From: Azolla caroliniana
Lineage: Eukaryota > Plantae > Polypodiophyta
Assembly: GCA_043228905.1 (NCBI GenBank)
Contig: JBHGNT010000021.1
Span: 7,998,001-8,062,000 of the forward strand
Length of the DNA stretch: 64,000 bases
Reading direction: 5' to 3'
Shown here: positions 50,523-63,200 of the stretch, piece by piece
Numbering within the stretch: the stretch's first letter is position 1
Layout of the letters: each line of letters starts with the position of its first letter
Made by a program: the position numbers and the translations under genes
Notes under the pieces: generated by a model
Databases searched by the model: none
The model's input: the letters and a program-made list of their open reading frames with translations, nothing else
Told to the model about the DNA's origin: nothing

Positions 50523-53500
50523 ACTGTGTCGTGCCTTTCGGCTCCGGATCGTTTGCGTGAGTCGGGTGGGAACCACCGGGGTTTTGGACTAGGAGAAAGA
50601 AGAATATGAGATGAGGCTAGTAATGAATAGATTATTAGAAAGAGAGATAGAAATCTCGTGAATCCCACGAGTGTATTGTATTCGATTAATCAATATTTAG
50701 ATAAGAATATGTATTTAGATTGAAAGAAAGATATAAGAAACTTGTGAATCCCACAAGTATAGATTATATTATTTTCGTGAATCCCACGATTATATTAATC
50801 GGTTGGTGTTTTCGGAAATATATCCAATTTCCAAATATTTCACACACACATTACATTGTGCTCCCCATCCTTATGTAGTGATGGGAGAGACTAAGCATAA
50901 CTACATGCTTTTTTTTTCTAATATGTTCATGCACACTAAATGTGCATGTAATGCTTTTCTAATCCTTGCTTTTATTTGCTAAATATAGTGCTCATGCACG
51001 CTAGATGTGCATGAGTCACTTTTTAGTTGCTTGCGTTTTTCTATAAAATATTCACGCACTCTAAAAATGCATGATTTACCTTTTAATAAAGGTAGGCGCA
51101 AATAAAGAACTTATAGTTATTAAATCTATTTGTAGAACACTAAAGATAAGGTAGCATAATGGTAAAGTTGAGGTTTGGCTACGTGGAGGTACAAGGTTCG
51201 AATCTTGCCCTATGCACGTGATAAATATCTTGATATTCTTATTTTATTTATTTATATGTAATTAAATCGGTTATATTATTTTTACTTTTTCACGTAGTGT
51301 ACGAAATACACTACGACACCGGGTTAGAGAAATGGAAAAAACGAGCTCTTGGCTAACAATGGGAGCCCTCCAACGAGCATTACCAACCGATGAGGATCTC
51401 CGTTTCCGGCAAGCAATCCAATGCACAACCTGCTTGAATTCTGGACACTCATCACTGGAGTGCACCATGCGGACGCACTGCTTACTCTGCCAATCTACGA
51501 GCCACACGATGGACCGGTGCGAATATAACTTATTGAATCGGCAAGCTCCACCAGTCCGGCAAATCGAGCCACGTAGCAGCCAAGACGAAGAAGACGAACG
51601 CTGGCGACGAGAGGAGCGATATCAACCGGCTCAAGATGTCCGGTGCGACAATCGGCGAGACAACTACGACCGGTACAAGAGATACGACAAGTACCGAGAT
51701 TACAATGGACGGTACGAGCATCACAACCGGGATCACTCCCCCGGGTATCACCAACAGCGGGAAGATTACAGGAGGTATGACGACCAACCCCGGCAAGGGT
51801 ACCGCAACAAAAAGAACTTTAATAAGAAACGACATTTCAAAAACGGGAGCCACCCACGTGAACCGGAAAAAGGCACCTCAAGCAGCCAACCGGACCAGAG
51901 CCCCGCGGTTACCACAGGTCCTCCACTGGGTACCCAGAAAGCATATTGCTATTACTACCGGCAAGAAGGACATTATAGTAATCAATGTCCGGAAAAGAGC
52001 TATGATAAGCAACCGGGAGTAAACATGGTAGTCGCCGAAGTCGCAGACCTCCAGCAGGTCACCACAAGGTCGCAGGGGAAGACTATGGAATGGGAGACAA
52101 AAGAGGCCATCCGGAAACAAGCAATGGAATGGGTGAAAAAGGCCAATGAGCGAAACGTAGCAGAACTCGCGCAACAAAAGGAGAACACCGAAGAGCTCGC
52201 CGGCGGCAGTCAGTCCGAAAACGCGACATGGCAAGTATTGCAGGAATGCCAGATCATGCTGCCATTAGGAAGACTCTTGCAGCTAGTACCAAGATTCACA
52301 GAAGGACTTAAGGAAGGCATAACGACAAGCGGAACACCACCTGCTCCGGCATTCTTCTCAAACCCGGAGGAGGGACCGGTGGTGGTGGACACCAACAGTC
52401 CGGCAATTACTGCCATTGTGAAAGGGAAAGAACTCCCCGACACGATAATAGACGGAGGCTCCGGTGTTAATGTAATAAGCCTCCAGACGTGCGATGGTCT
52501 TGGAATCCAAGAGTGGGAGCCATGTCCGTTCTGGCTCCGAATGGCGGACACAAGTTCGGTGCGATCGACAGGTTTAATACGGAACTTGGAAGTAACCATC
52601 GGGGGCCACACATTCCGAATCTCAGTCGTAGTTCTCCAGTTGTAGGCTGAAGGAGTGTACCCATTATTGTTGGGACGCCCTTGGTTAAAGACGACACATA
52701 TCAAGCAGAATTGGAGGAGGAATATGATTACGTTCCGGTGGGGAAAAGCGAAGGTAGGGGTACCAACACAACCAAGGAAGGGCACCGGCAAGGATCTGAC
52801 ACCGTTATATGCGGAGTGTGTCAATATGCTAGAAGGATTAGCAGACGAAGAGGAAGAACAGTACTTGCTGGAGAACCCGAAGATTGTACCCCTATTCGAA
52901 ATTGACGTCGCGGAAGCGGTATCACTCTACTTATTGCAACCGGACAGAACCGAAGCGAAACCGGATAAAGAAGCAATCTGGGAGTTACGGCATGCGCAGG
53001 AGGTGTTGGACACGGAAATGGCCGTATCCTAGCACGTAAAAGCGTCCCAATTAGAAGAGGTAAATCAAGGAACGACGGAGGAGGCAAAACCGGTGCACAT
53101 CGCCAAAGAAATGAATGCAGAGAACAAAACGACGATAATTACACTCAATGAGTTTTGCGACATCTTTGCCTGGTCGTACGAGGATATGAGAGGCCTGGAT
53201 CCTCAGTTGTATCAGCACCAGATACATCTGAGCAAAGACGCCAAGCCGGTAGCACAACGTCGGTACGGGATGAACCCAAACTATGCCGCCAAAGTCAAGG
53301 AGGAGATCGACAAATTACTGAGGGTTGGCTTCATCTGTCCCGTAAAGAAATCTACATGGTTGAGCCCGATCGTAGTCGTACCGAAAAAGAACGGCAAAAT
53401 TAGAGTTTGTGTCGACTACCGGAAGCTCAATGCGTCAACGGTAACGGATGCATTTCCACTTCCGTTTACGGATGGAGTTTTGGATGTCGTCGCCGGCCAT

Positions 53501-55640
53501 GAAGTCTACAGTTTCTTAGACGGATTCAGCGGGTATAATCAGATCCGGATGCACCCTGAGGATCAAGAGAAAACAGCTTTCGTCACCGAATGGGGAGTGT
53601 TTGTTGCGGTGGTGATGATGTTCGGGTTGAAAACGGCACCAACAACATTCCAACGGATCATCATGGAGATCTTTGGCGAATACATACCGGCTTTTATGCA
53701 GGTGTTCCTTGACGACTTTGCCGTCTATAGTAGAGAAGAAGATCATTTGCAGCATCTCAGACTATGTCTAGAGAAGTGTAGGGTGTACCAGCTAAGCCTG
53801 AACCCGACGAAGTGTGTATTTGGAGTGTCCAGCGGAACGCTACTAGGGCATATAGTGAGCAAGGAAGGCATTGCCGTAGATCCGGAAAAAGTGAAAGCAA
53901 TCCGGGAAGCACCGGCACCGGCAACGGCAAAGGCATTGAGCCGTTTCCTAGGACAAATCCGTTGGCATAGCCGTATGCTCCGATATTTGGCAGGCCTGGC
54001 TACACCTCTGCATGCGGCAGTACACCGAACACCGTTCCAATGGACCGACATCGAAGACAAGGCGTACCGGGCACTAAAGTTGTTATTGTCACAAGCACCG
54101 GTAGTGCAGCCTCCCGATTCGAGTAAAGAGTTTCATGTGTTCGTGGACGCTTCCGATATCGCAATCGGCAGCGCGCTCATGCAGCTTACCGAGCCAAGGT
54201 GGTACCGGCCAGTGTACTATGCCAGCTGGAAGCTAACCCAAGTGGAACGAAATTATTCTACCACGGAAAGGGAAGCTTTAGGAATGATCTACAGTGTGAC
54301 AAATTTCAGGCATTATTTATTGGGAAGAAAGTTCTCCTTCCATGTAGATCATTCGGCACTCCTCTACCTAGTATCCAAAGCGTCACTTACCGGTAAGTTG
54401 GCCCGGTGGACTTTGTTGTTGCAAGAGTTCGAATTCGAGATATTCCACCGACCCGGCATACAACATGTGGTAGCAGATTATCTAAGCCGGTTAGATTCTG
54501 GGGAGACAGGTGACGGAGTACTGGACGAGTTTCCGGATGCAGAACTTTTTCGAGTCACCATGGAAACGGCAACAGATGAAACGGTGGCACAAGAAGATAA
54601 GTGGCTAACTAATATGCACCAGTTTCGGAGTACCGGATTGCCTCCGGAGGAGATGAACCGGGACGAGAGTAAACGCCTGGCAGTACAGAGCCGGCACTTC
54701 TGTTTATTATAGGACACGCTATACCACAAAGGTGCGGACGGTATCTGGCGATGAGCGGTGCGCAACGACGAGAAGGAGGTGATACTACGGAGGCACACTG
54801 CGGAGTCGCCGGAGATGCGACGGCAAGGAAAGTATGGCAAAGTGGCCTATGGTGGCCGACCACATTGAAGGATGCAATTCGGTATGCGAAGGAGTGTGAT
54901 CTATGCCAACGAATGGGTCAGCCAACGGAACAAGCTCGGATGCCACACCAGCCAGTCCTACCACTAGAACCATTCTAGAAATGGGGGTTGGATTTCGTCA
55001 GGCCATTTAAACCACCTGCAATGAGAACCGGCAACCTGTACGTGATCGTCGCGACGGATTACTACACTAAGTGGGTGGAAGCGAAAGCCTTATGAGACAA
55101 CACCGCGGCGTCAACGGCGAAATTCTTATACGAATGCATTTGGTGCCGGTACGGATGCCCCATAGAGCTAATAAGTGACCAAGGAGGGCACTTTCTTGGA
55201 CAAGTGGTAGAAAGTTTGACGACGTTCTATGCGGTAGTACGTAAAAGAAGCACACCGTACTATCCGCAAGCAAATGGGTTAGCTGAGTCGACGAACAAAA
55301 CGCTCCAGAATATCCTCCGGAAGATCGTCAATGAAAATTGGACAGATTGGGACACAAAGCTGCACAGTGCGCACTGGGCTTACCGGACAACGTACAAAAA
55401 AAGCATCCGGACAACACCGTTCCGGTTAGCATTCGGATTGGAGGCAGTCATGCCGGTCGAGTTCCAGGTACCAAGCTTACGGATTCAGATTCGGGAACAA
55501 TTGAACGAAAAGGAATCGGAGGCAATTCGGTTAAAGGATCTGTGCGAACTGGAAGAACACCGACTGGCGAGCATTATGCACCTGGAATTGGAACAACGGA
55601 AACGGAAAGCATTTGTAGATCGGCACCGGAAGGGAAACGG

Positions 55641-56360
55641 TGTCGTAGTGTATTTCGTACACTACGTGAAAAAGTAAAAATAATATAACCGATTTAATTA
55701 CATATAAATAAATAAAATAATATATCAAGATATTTATCACGTGCATAGGGCAGGATTCGAACCCTATACCTCCACGTAGCCAAACCTCAACTTTACCATT
55801 ATGCTACCTTATCTTTAGTGTTTTATAAATAGATTTAATAACTATAAGTGCTTTATTTGCGCCTACCTTTATTAAAAGGTAAACCATGCATTTTTAGAGT
55901 GCGTGAATATTTTATAGAAAAATGCAAGCAACTAAAAAGTGACTCATGCACATCTAGCGTGCATGAGCACTATATTTAGCAAATAAAAGCAAGGATTAGA
56001 AAAGCATCACATGCACATTTAGTGTGCATGAACATATTAGAAAAAGCATGTAGTTATGCTTAGTCTCTCCCATCACTATATAAGGATGGGGAGCACATTG
56101 TAGTTTTTGTTGATTATTTTTCTATAATGATCAATCAATCTAAAATATTCGTGGGATTCACGAATTTGCTAAAATAATTCTCTCTTACTACCTAAATATT
56201 GACTAAATATACTAAACTCGTGGGATTCACGAGATTCTTATCTTATAACTCTTTATACCTATTCTTTACTAGCCTTATTTGTATTTTTCTTTCTCCTAGT
56301 CCAAAACCTCGGCGGTTCCCACCCGACTCACGCAACGATCCGGAGCCGAAAGGCACGACA
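55641..56360 (+). mobile_element. Solo LTR N of the G family, opposite orientation to G
   Basis: TGTCGTAG...GGCACGACA, reverse complement of the G LTR; TSD ACGG at 55637-55640 and 56361-56364. Confidence 0.93.
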
Positions 56361-57174
56361 ACGGAAAGATGTTCGGGACCGGCTCGTGTTCCAGACTCGG
56401 ATGGACAAAATGCCAAGTAAACTACGGTTTAGATGGACCAGACCGTACTGGATCACACGCGAGTTCAATGGGTCCTACCAGTTGGGGACACTTGCCGGAG
56501 AAGTGCTGGGCAAATGGGTCAACGGATTTAGACTAAAACCATTCAAAGGACCTATGCCTAAGAATCCATTTGAACGAAAGGCCGCCACCGAATCAGACGC
56601 CGACAGGCCAACCATAACAGCAACCAGTGAAGACGATGGCTACCACCAAGCCAGTAAGGAGGAGCATGAGCCGACAACCGAGGAGAGCAGAACGACGGAA
56701 AACCGTCAAGAGGCCGGCAAGTTGCACGCTTTGGGCAAAGGTCTGATAGGACCGGAGAAAAAATAACCACACAAGTTTAAAAAAAGAAAAAAAAGAAAAG
56801 AAAAAGAAGAGAATAAAGGAGCGAATCAAATAAATCATGGAAAGGAGTAGTGGAAACGGCCATGCACACGAGGAGTAAAGAGGCACGTCGAAAAGGTACG
56901 AGGACATTAAAACACCGCCACATGGCACGCAATGCTATTATAGTACACAACCTGTACATGCGGAGGCTCGAAAAAGGTGCCAAGATGCAGAGAGAAAAAC
57001 CCCCACGCATCGAGACCTTCTCCTATCGCGAACCCAAGGAGAACAGACGCAGAGCGACGCGTGAAGATAAATCGTAGAGAGCTTGCACATAGAGAACCCC
57101 CTCCCTCAGAACTTTCTCTCTCACATTCTTCCCACCATCAAACCTCTCCAACGCTCTCCGACCTCGACACAGAG

Positions 57175-59714
57175 ATGGACTGCCAAACGCTGTCTGAAGC
57201 CGCCAAGAAATGGTTACGACAGCATGGTCTGGAGGGTTTCTTAACGATCATGGAGGCGGCGCCACACAAGGAGGCCGAGAAGATTATAAAAGAAATCGAC
57301 ACGGAGGTGATCACGGAGGAGGCGATCCGTGCGTTAATAGGCCTTCTGAAGGGAGGTATCTGCACGATCGACAATCCTACTTCGAGCAACTCATCAAATA
57401 TTTCGGTCAGTACTCTCTAGCCAGCAAGGGCTATAGGACACAGGGCGGCGAAGATATGCTATTCCGTGAAATTGCCCATGTGCTCCACGAGTTCGGCCAC
57501 ATGTACCCTCGACCCCCCATCATGCCTCAGAACCGAGCAAGCTTGATCATCGCAACGTACGAAGGGGTCAAGGTAGATTGGCCGGTGTTGATCGCTGACG
57601 GGCTGTGTACGGCCATTGATATAGTAAGAGGAAAGGACGACAAGGAAGGCCGGAAAATATGGCATGCGGTGACACAATGGCTCACCCTGTTGGCGTCACC
57701 GGTCGAGCCCGTCCAAACCAAGAAGCGTGGAAGAGCAACGGACGGCACCCCGAAACCTGCTTCGAAACGACAACAACTGTTAGCCTCCAAGGCCACTAAG
57801 GGGAAGACTGCCGAAGCAGAGAAGGCGGCGAAGGAGCATGCCAGACGGAAGCGGCCGATGGACACGCACGAGGAGACACCGGCACGGCCCCTGAAGAGCC
57901 CACTCCACCGACCGAGGTAACAGGAAATGGACACCTTGGCGGCAAGAATGAATGTTGGGACTCAGGCGGAAGAGATGGCGGAAGAACCCACGGAGCACCT
58001 CCAGCGGCGGCCGGTGAAGAGCATCGCGGAATCAACCGGGAAGCGTTCGGACCCATGGAAGGATGGAACACCCGCAACTCACGCTGAGCAACCCACGCCA
58101 AGGGAGGCACCAGAACCGGTCACAAAAGTCCTGGCACAACAGGCAGCACCGGCAAGCCCTGTCACCCAAGAGCCGGAGATACAAAGGCCAACCGCCCCAG
58201 TCGGCCAAGAACAAGCAGACAAGGCGCGACTAGCCGAAACACACTCAGAGCCGGAACGACAAAGTGGTCAACTGGCAGAACTAGAAGCGCAGCTTGACGT
58301 AGAACGGCGGGACCAGCCACAGGCGAGTGAATCCATTAGCCAACTCTCCGTGCAAGCGCAACAACAGTGCACCGGCAGCCAATGGCTCCGGTGGATAGGA
58401 GACCAAATTGCCGGAGTAGTCGGATGCATAGAGGCGGAGGAAAGAGCGCAAACGGAACGGTTGCTCGTCACAACCGATGAACTGGAGACGGCCCGGTCAA
58501 GGATCCGGTGCCTCGAACAAGACTTGGATCGAATCACAGGAGATATGGCCAAAATGGCCTTAACCGCAACACAGATCCAAGCACCGGTGACTCCGGTGGA
58601 TGTACAGAAGAATAAGACCCCGGAGACACAAACTGTCCCGGAGAAAGAGGCGGCGCAAGCCCAAGAGCTTGCGGAATTACGAGATCAGCTCGCCGCACAA
58701 GAAGCATTACGGAGCCGCGAACGCGACTTGAAGAAGGTGGCCGAAGAAGAATTAAGAAAGACTGCTGAGAACCTTCGCCCTGGAGAGGAAAACCTACGTA
58801 AAGGACATCATGCTTACGACCGGCTGAAGGAGGAAAAAGAGAAAGTGCTACAGGAAAAAGACAAGCTGCGACAGATGGCGGAAACGGAAATCGAGCGGCT
58901 GAAGGAAGAGCTCCGGCAACAGAAGGACCGGGAGGACCGCGCGCGCCATCAGATCAACCAAAGGCTGAAGCAGAAGACCGATGATTTCGATCATCTGCAT
59001 CGGGACTACAAGCAGCTAGAGACGGAGCATCAGCAATGGATGGCCGAGCTCCGGCAAGAGGTTGATAGGGCCACAACAGCACTCGCCGAAGAACGAGCAG
59101 AAAGTTCCAGGCTATTGGAGGAAGCGGCGAATGACCGGATGGAGCTCCACAAACAGGACCATGAGGACAAGGAAAGAGCGACAATGGTACTATAGAGGTT
59201 GCAAACAACCTATCAAACTCAATTGTCGCATTATAGGGAGTAGGAGGCAAACACGGTTCGGATCATCAAGCAGTTGAAGGAAGAGCAACAAGCCGCAGAA
59301 AATAAATCACTGGCAGAAGATTTCACAGCCCTGGCGGATGAACAATTGGTGCAAGTCCGGCAGCTCGTAGCTCAACTGGACGATGATCGGCTGGAGGCTC
59401 AAATCCAGTTCGAAAGCTATCAGTGGTCTCGGCTTTGGGAAGAAAAAGCGCGAAAGACGGCAACGGTCAACCTTAGTGATGAGGAACCGTCACCAGTGCA
59501 AAGACCGGAGGGGGAACAGGCCGGGGTCAGTTAGCCACGGACAACTCCAACGGAGGAACCAACGACGGAAACGCCGGTGTCAGAGTGACAAACGGAGCAG
59601 CAGCCACAGCCACAAACGGAACAATAGAAGCAGCCACAACAACAACAACAGATTCCCGATGAGCCATTGGAAATTTTGGAGCAAAGCATTCTGGACATTT
59701 TGGACGAAGCGTAA
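57175..59714 (+). pseudogene. Extra sense ORF of M (~840 codons): globular-looking N-terminus, basic linker, long coiled coil
   Basis: ORFs at 57210, 57927 and 59274 share a frame ending TAA 59712-59714; frameshift near 57380; E/K/R/Q/L heptad-like tract. Confidence 0.75.
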
Positions 59715-59726
59715 AAGGGTCGGATA

Positions 59727-59766
59727 GTGGGTTCGACGTACAAGGTACTGTCCCACGGGCGTGCCA
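59727..59766 (+). other. tRNA-Arg 3'-end-like sequence (inverted PBS) at the PPT position of M
   Basis: GTGGGTTCGA-(13 nt)-GTCCCACGGGCGTGCCA then TG then the 3' LTR; no purine tract adjacent to the LTR. Confidence 0.75.
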
Positions 59767-59768
59767 TG

Positions 59769-60231
59769 TGTTACCGGCCGGCAAAGAAGGCTTAAGAAGG
59801 TCCAAACCAGAGTGTGAAAGGAATAGTTATTTGGGAACTTTTGTAATTAGTAGTCTTAATATATACATATTATTATATAAAAAGATGTGGACGGACGGAC
59901 CAGAATCGGTATGCCGATCCGGATCCAGAACAATTCCGTAAAGGTGCCAGTTGGCACCGTTTTGTATTTCGCACCGGAAACCTATAGAAAGGCCCGGTTA
60001 CAATGTAATCAGGAGCGGATAATTAATAAAGTTTATTGTCTTAATCTTCTAGTGTTGATTACCGTTCTGTATTCATTGTTATATCTTACGCGTGTTAATT
60101 ACGGATGGCTAAGTAATCGATTAAGGTCTAAGTAAGCGTTGTGTCGTAAGTCATTCTGCCATACCACCCTTTGGTGACGTGTCTTAAGTGGACACCCTGT
60201 GTTAGGCTGTTGTCCGGCCCTAGCAATAACA
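59769..60231 (+). repeat. 3' LTR of M
   Basis: TGTT...AACA followed by TSD AATTC. Confidence 0.95.
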
Positions 60232-60236
60232 AATTC

Positions 60237-63200
60237 CGGATCACGAACTAAAGGATATCTTTCTAGAGGCAATTCGTGAACCACTACAAACAACACTAGC
60301 GGTGTTTGATTTCCGAAATCAGTCAATTGAGCAAATGATTGATAAGGCCATTGCTATGGGTCAAAATCCCAAAAATGTAAGGAGTATGAATATGTCGGCA
60401 TTGCGTCATACTTTGCCAACTATGGAAGAGTTACAGTTTTGCCAAGCAGTACAATGTACTACTTGTTTGAATACTGGGCATTCGACAATCGAGTGTAGTT
60501 TACGTACACACTCCACAATCTGTCACTCTAAGGCCCATTCAGTAGAACAATGTGAATATAATTTGCGTAACAAAGCAACAATGCCGGTACGAATTTTTTT
60601 TCCGGAATATGGTTACCAAGATAACCGTAATAGGTTCAATAATCGGTATCAAGAGGATGACTGGTATGATAAACGGAATTATTTAGAAAGGCGACCGAAT
60701 AATGACTGGAATGAATATAGGAGAAATGATAATCAAGGTCCAACACAAGAGGACGCTCGATAGTATGATTATTGACAGAATTGAGATCAAGATTTTTTAG
60801 CACCGCAAGATAACAGTCGTTAACAAAAACAAGGAGGTCGTTATCAGAATAAACAGAATCGACCCAACAACAAAAAATTCTATAAGCCAAAAGCGTTACG
60901 GCAATTTCAACATGATTCTCAGATAGAAAATCTGGATGGATGTCCCCAATATGAACAAGGTGAAGGCAGTGGATCATTCATTTGCAGGATAGATGGACTG
61001 CTATATTTTTAGGAAAGATGGACATTATGCAAATCAATGTCCGTCTAAAGACAAAGGAAAAGCACCTACCGTTAATATGGTGATACCGGAAATTCAGCAG
61101 GTCACTACCAGAAGTAAAGGTAAACAATCAGAATGGGAAATCCATGAAGTTGTTAGAAAAGCAGCCAAGGAATGGGTGGAAGAAGCAAATAAAAATAATG
61201 TGTCAAGGATGTTGCAGGACAATGAGATAAACCAAGTTAATGAACTAACTGGAGCAATGGCAATACAGGAACATGAGGAAGCTTGGAAAATCTTGGCTGA
61301 TTGCCAAGTGTCATTACCCTTGATGGGATTACTGAAATTGGTTCCACGGTTTACGGAGAAAGTGACAACTTTGATTTCCCAGAAAGGGATAGAACATGTA
61401 GCATTTAATTATAGTCACCCAAGTAATAGTTTGACAATTATGGATGAGTAGAATCCATCAATAAGAGTGATAATCCATGGCCAAGAAATAGATGGGGCTA
61501 TTGTAGATGGTGGATCATGAGTAAATGTAATTAATAAAACTACTTGTGACAAGGTTGGTATCACTAAATGGGAAGCATGTCCACTTTGGTTAAGAATGGC
61601 CGATACTAGCACGGTGTGACCGATCGGATTAATTAGGCAATTAGATGTCGTTTTAGGTGGTCACACTTTTCAAATATCAATAGTAGTGCTTCATTTGGAG
61701 GCTCCTGGAGCATATCCTTTGCTATTAGGGAGGCCATGGTTAAAGACTGCGAATATTAAGCAAAATTGGAATTAGAATTTATTAACATTCCGAAAAGGAA
61801 AACATAAAATTCGGGTATCCACCCAAAATAAGATTACTACAAGTAAGCAATGTCTATCGGTTCATGCAGAGGCAGTCAATCTGATGGAAGGATTGGATGA
61901 AGTGGAGGAGAATAATTATTTTAATGATAACCCAAAAATTATTCCCTTGTTCAAGGTGGACATATTACAAGCTCTTACATCATATGTTGATCCACAGGAT
62001 GACTTACCACTTGATGATCAAACAATGAAAGAATCCGCCTTCAGCAAGAGGCTACCGAAAAAGAAATGAAAGTATCTCAACGAGTTCAAGCTTCGGCATT
62101 AGAGGAGATCAATTTAGCTAAGGAAGATAACATGCTTGAACCAAAAACAATATTGATCGCCAAGGACATGTTGTTAGCTGACAAGCAACGATTAATCGGT
62201 TTCCTCAAACAGTATAAGGATGTGTTCGCCTGGTCCTTCGAAGACATGAAAGGGTTGGATCTAGCTTTTTGTTAACACCAAATTAATCTGCATAAAGATG
62301 CGAAGCCGGTTCAACAACGTAGGTATCGTTTGAATCCTAATTATGCAATTAAGGTCAAAGAAGAAATAGATAAACTACTTAAGGTAGGGTTTATTTGTCC
62401 TGTGAAAAAAGCTACATGGCTAAGTCCGATTCTAGTTGTACCGAAAAAGAATGGAAAGATTCGGGTATGTGTCGACTATCGGAAACTTAATGCAGCAATA
62501 GTAACGGATGCATTTCCATTACCGTTTACGAGCGGTATATTGGATGCAGTGGCTGGTCACGAAATGTACATTTTTCTAGATGGCTTTAGCAGGTATAATC
62601 AGGTAAGAATGCATCCAGATGATCAAGAAAAGACAGCCTTTGTCACCGAATGGGGTGTATTGTGGTGGTCATAATGATGTTCGGGTTAAAAACAACCCCA
62701 ACCACATTTCAAAGAGTCATACAGGAAATTTTTGTTGAGTACATTCCAACATTCGTGCAAGTTTTCTTGGATGATTTTGCTGTCTACAGTCACAAGTCAA
62801 AACATTTCGAACATTTGCAATTGTGTTTAGAACGATGTCGGAAAGGTCGGCTTAGCTTGAATCCGGCAAAGTGCGCGTTCGGAGTTACAAGTGGAGCAGT
62901 ATTGGGACACATTATCAGTCAAGAAGGAATTGCAGTTGACACAGACAAGGTCAAAGTTATATTAGATGCACTAGCACCAACCAACTCTAAGAGCCTTAGT
63001 CGATTTTTAGGGCAAATTAGATGGCATAGTAGAATGATCAGATATCTTGCTGATGTTGCCATTCCCTTACATACGGCGGTGCATAAAACACCTTTCTAAT
63101 GGACGAGTGTGGAGTAGGATGCCTACGATTGCCTAAGGAAAATGCTTTCTAAAGTTCCGGTGGTTCAACCGCCTGATTGGAACAAACCATTTCATGTGTT

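Larger units (their letters stand above)
47991..51318 (-). mobile_element. Non-autonomous gag-only LTR element G (TR-GAG-like), very young
   Basis: 792-bp LTRs 50527-51318 (5') and 47991-48782 (3') with ~2 differences by eye; 4-bp TSD CCGG; PBS 50505-50522; PPT GGAGGGGGCGAG 48783-48794; 1.74-kb interior without pol. Confidence 0.94.
46931..56766 (+). pseudogene. M gag-pol, interrupted by G, N and point stops
   Basis: Gag QDPGESIPQFVIRF; zinc knuckles; PR IIDGGSGVNVI; RT RVCVDYRKLN..FLDDF; RH FVDASDIAIG; INT CDLCQR..YYPQANGLAESTN; KLRFRWTRPY. Confidence 0.94.
46417..60231 (+). mobile_element. Non-chromovirus (Athila/Phygy/Selgy-like) Gypsy M with a 3' extra ORF
   Basis: 463-bp LTRs 46417-46879 and 59769-60231; TSD AATTC at 46412-46416 and 60232-60236; PBS TGGCGACCACG 46887-46897; no chromodomain or second RNase H visible. 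Confidence 0.95.

Noticed and set aside
50489-50668. Signal-peptide-like N-terminus MGFTRFLSLFLII of the 446-aa ORF
   Set aside because: Arises from an alternative start inside pyrimidine-rich LTR sequence; the ATG after the PBS is the more plausible start.
57175-59714. Envelope gene, or host myosin/SMC-like gene
   Set aside because: No evident signal or TM segment; intronless and enclosed by the M LTRs; coiled-coil similarity is generic.
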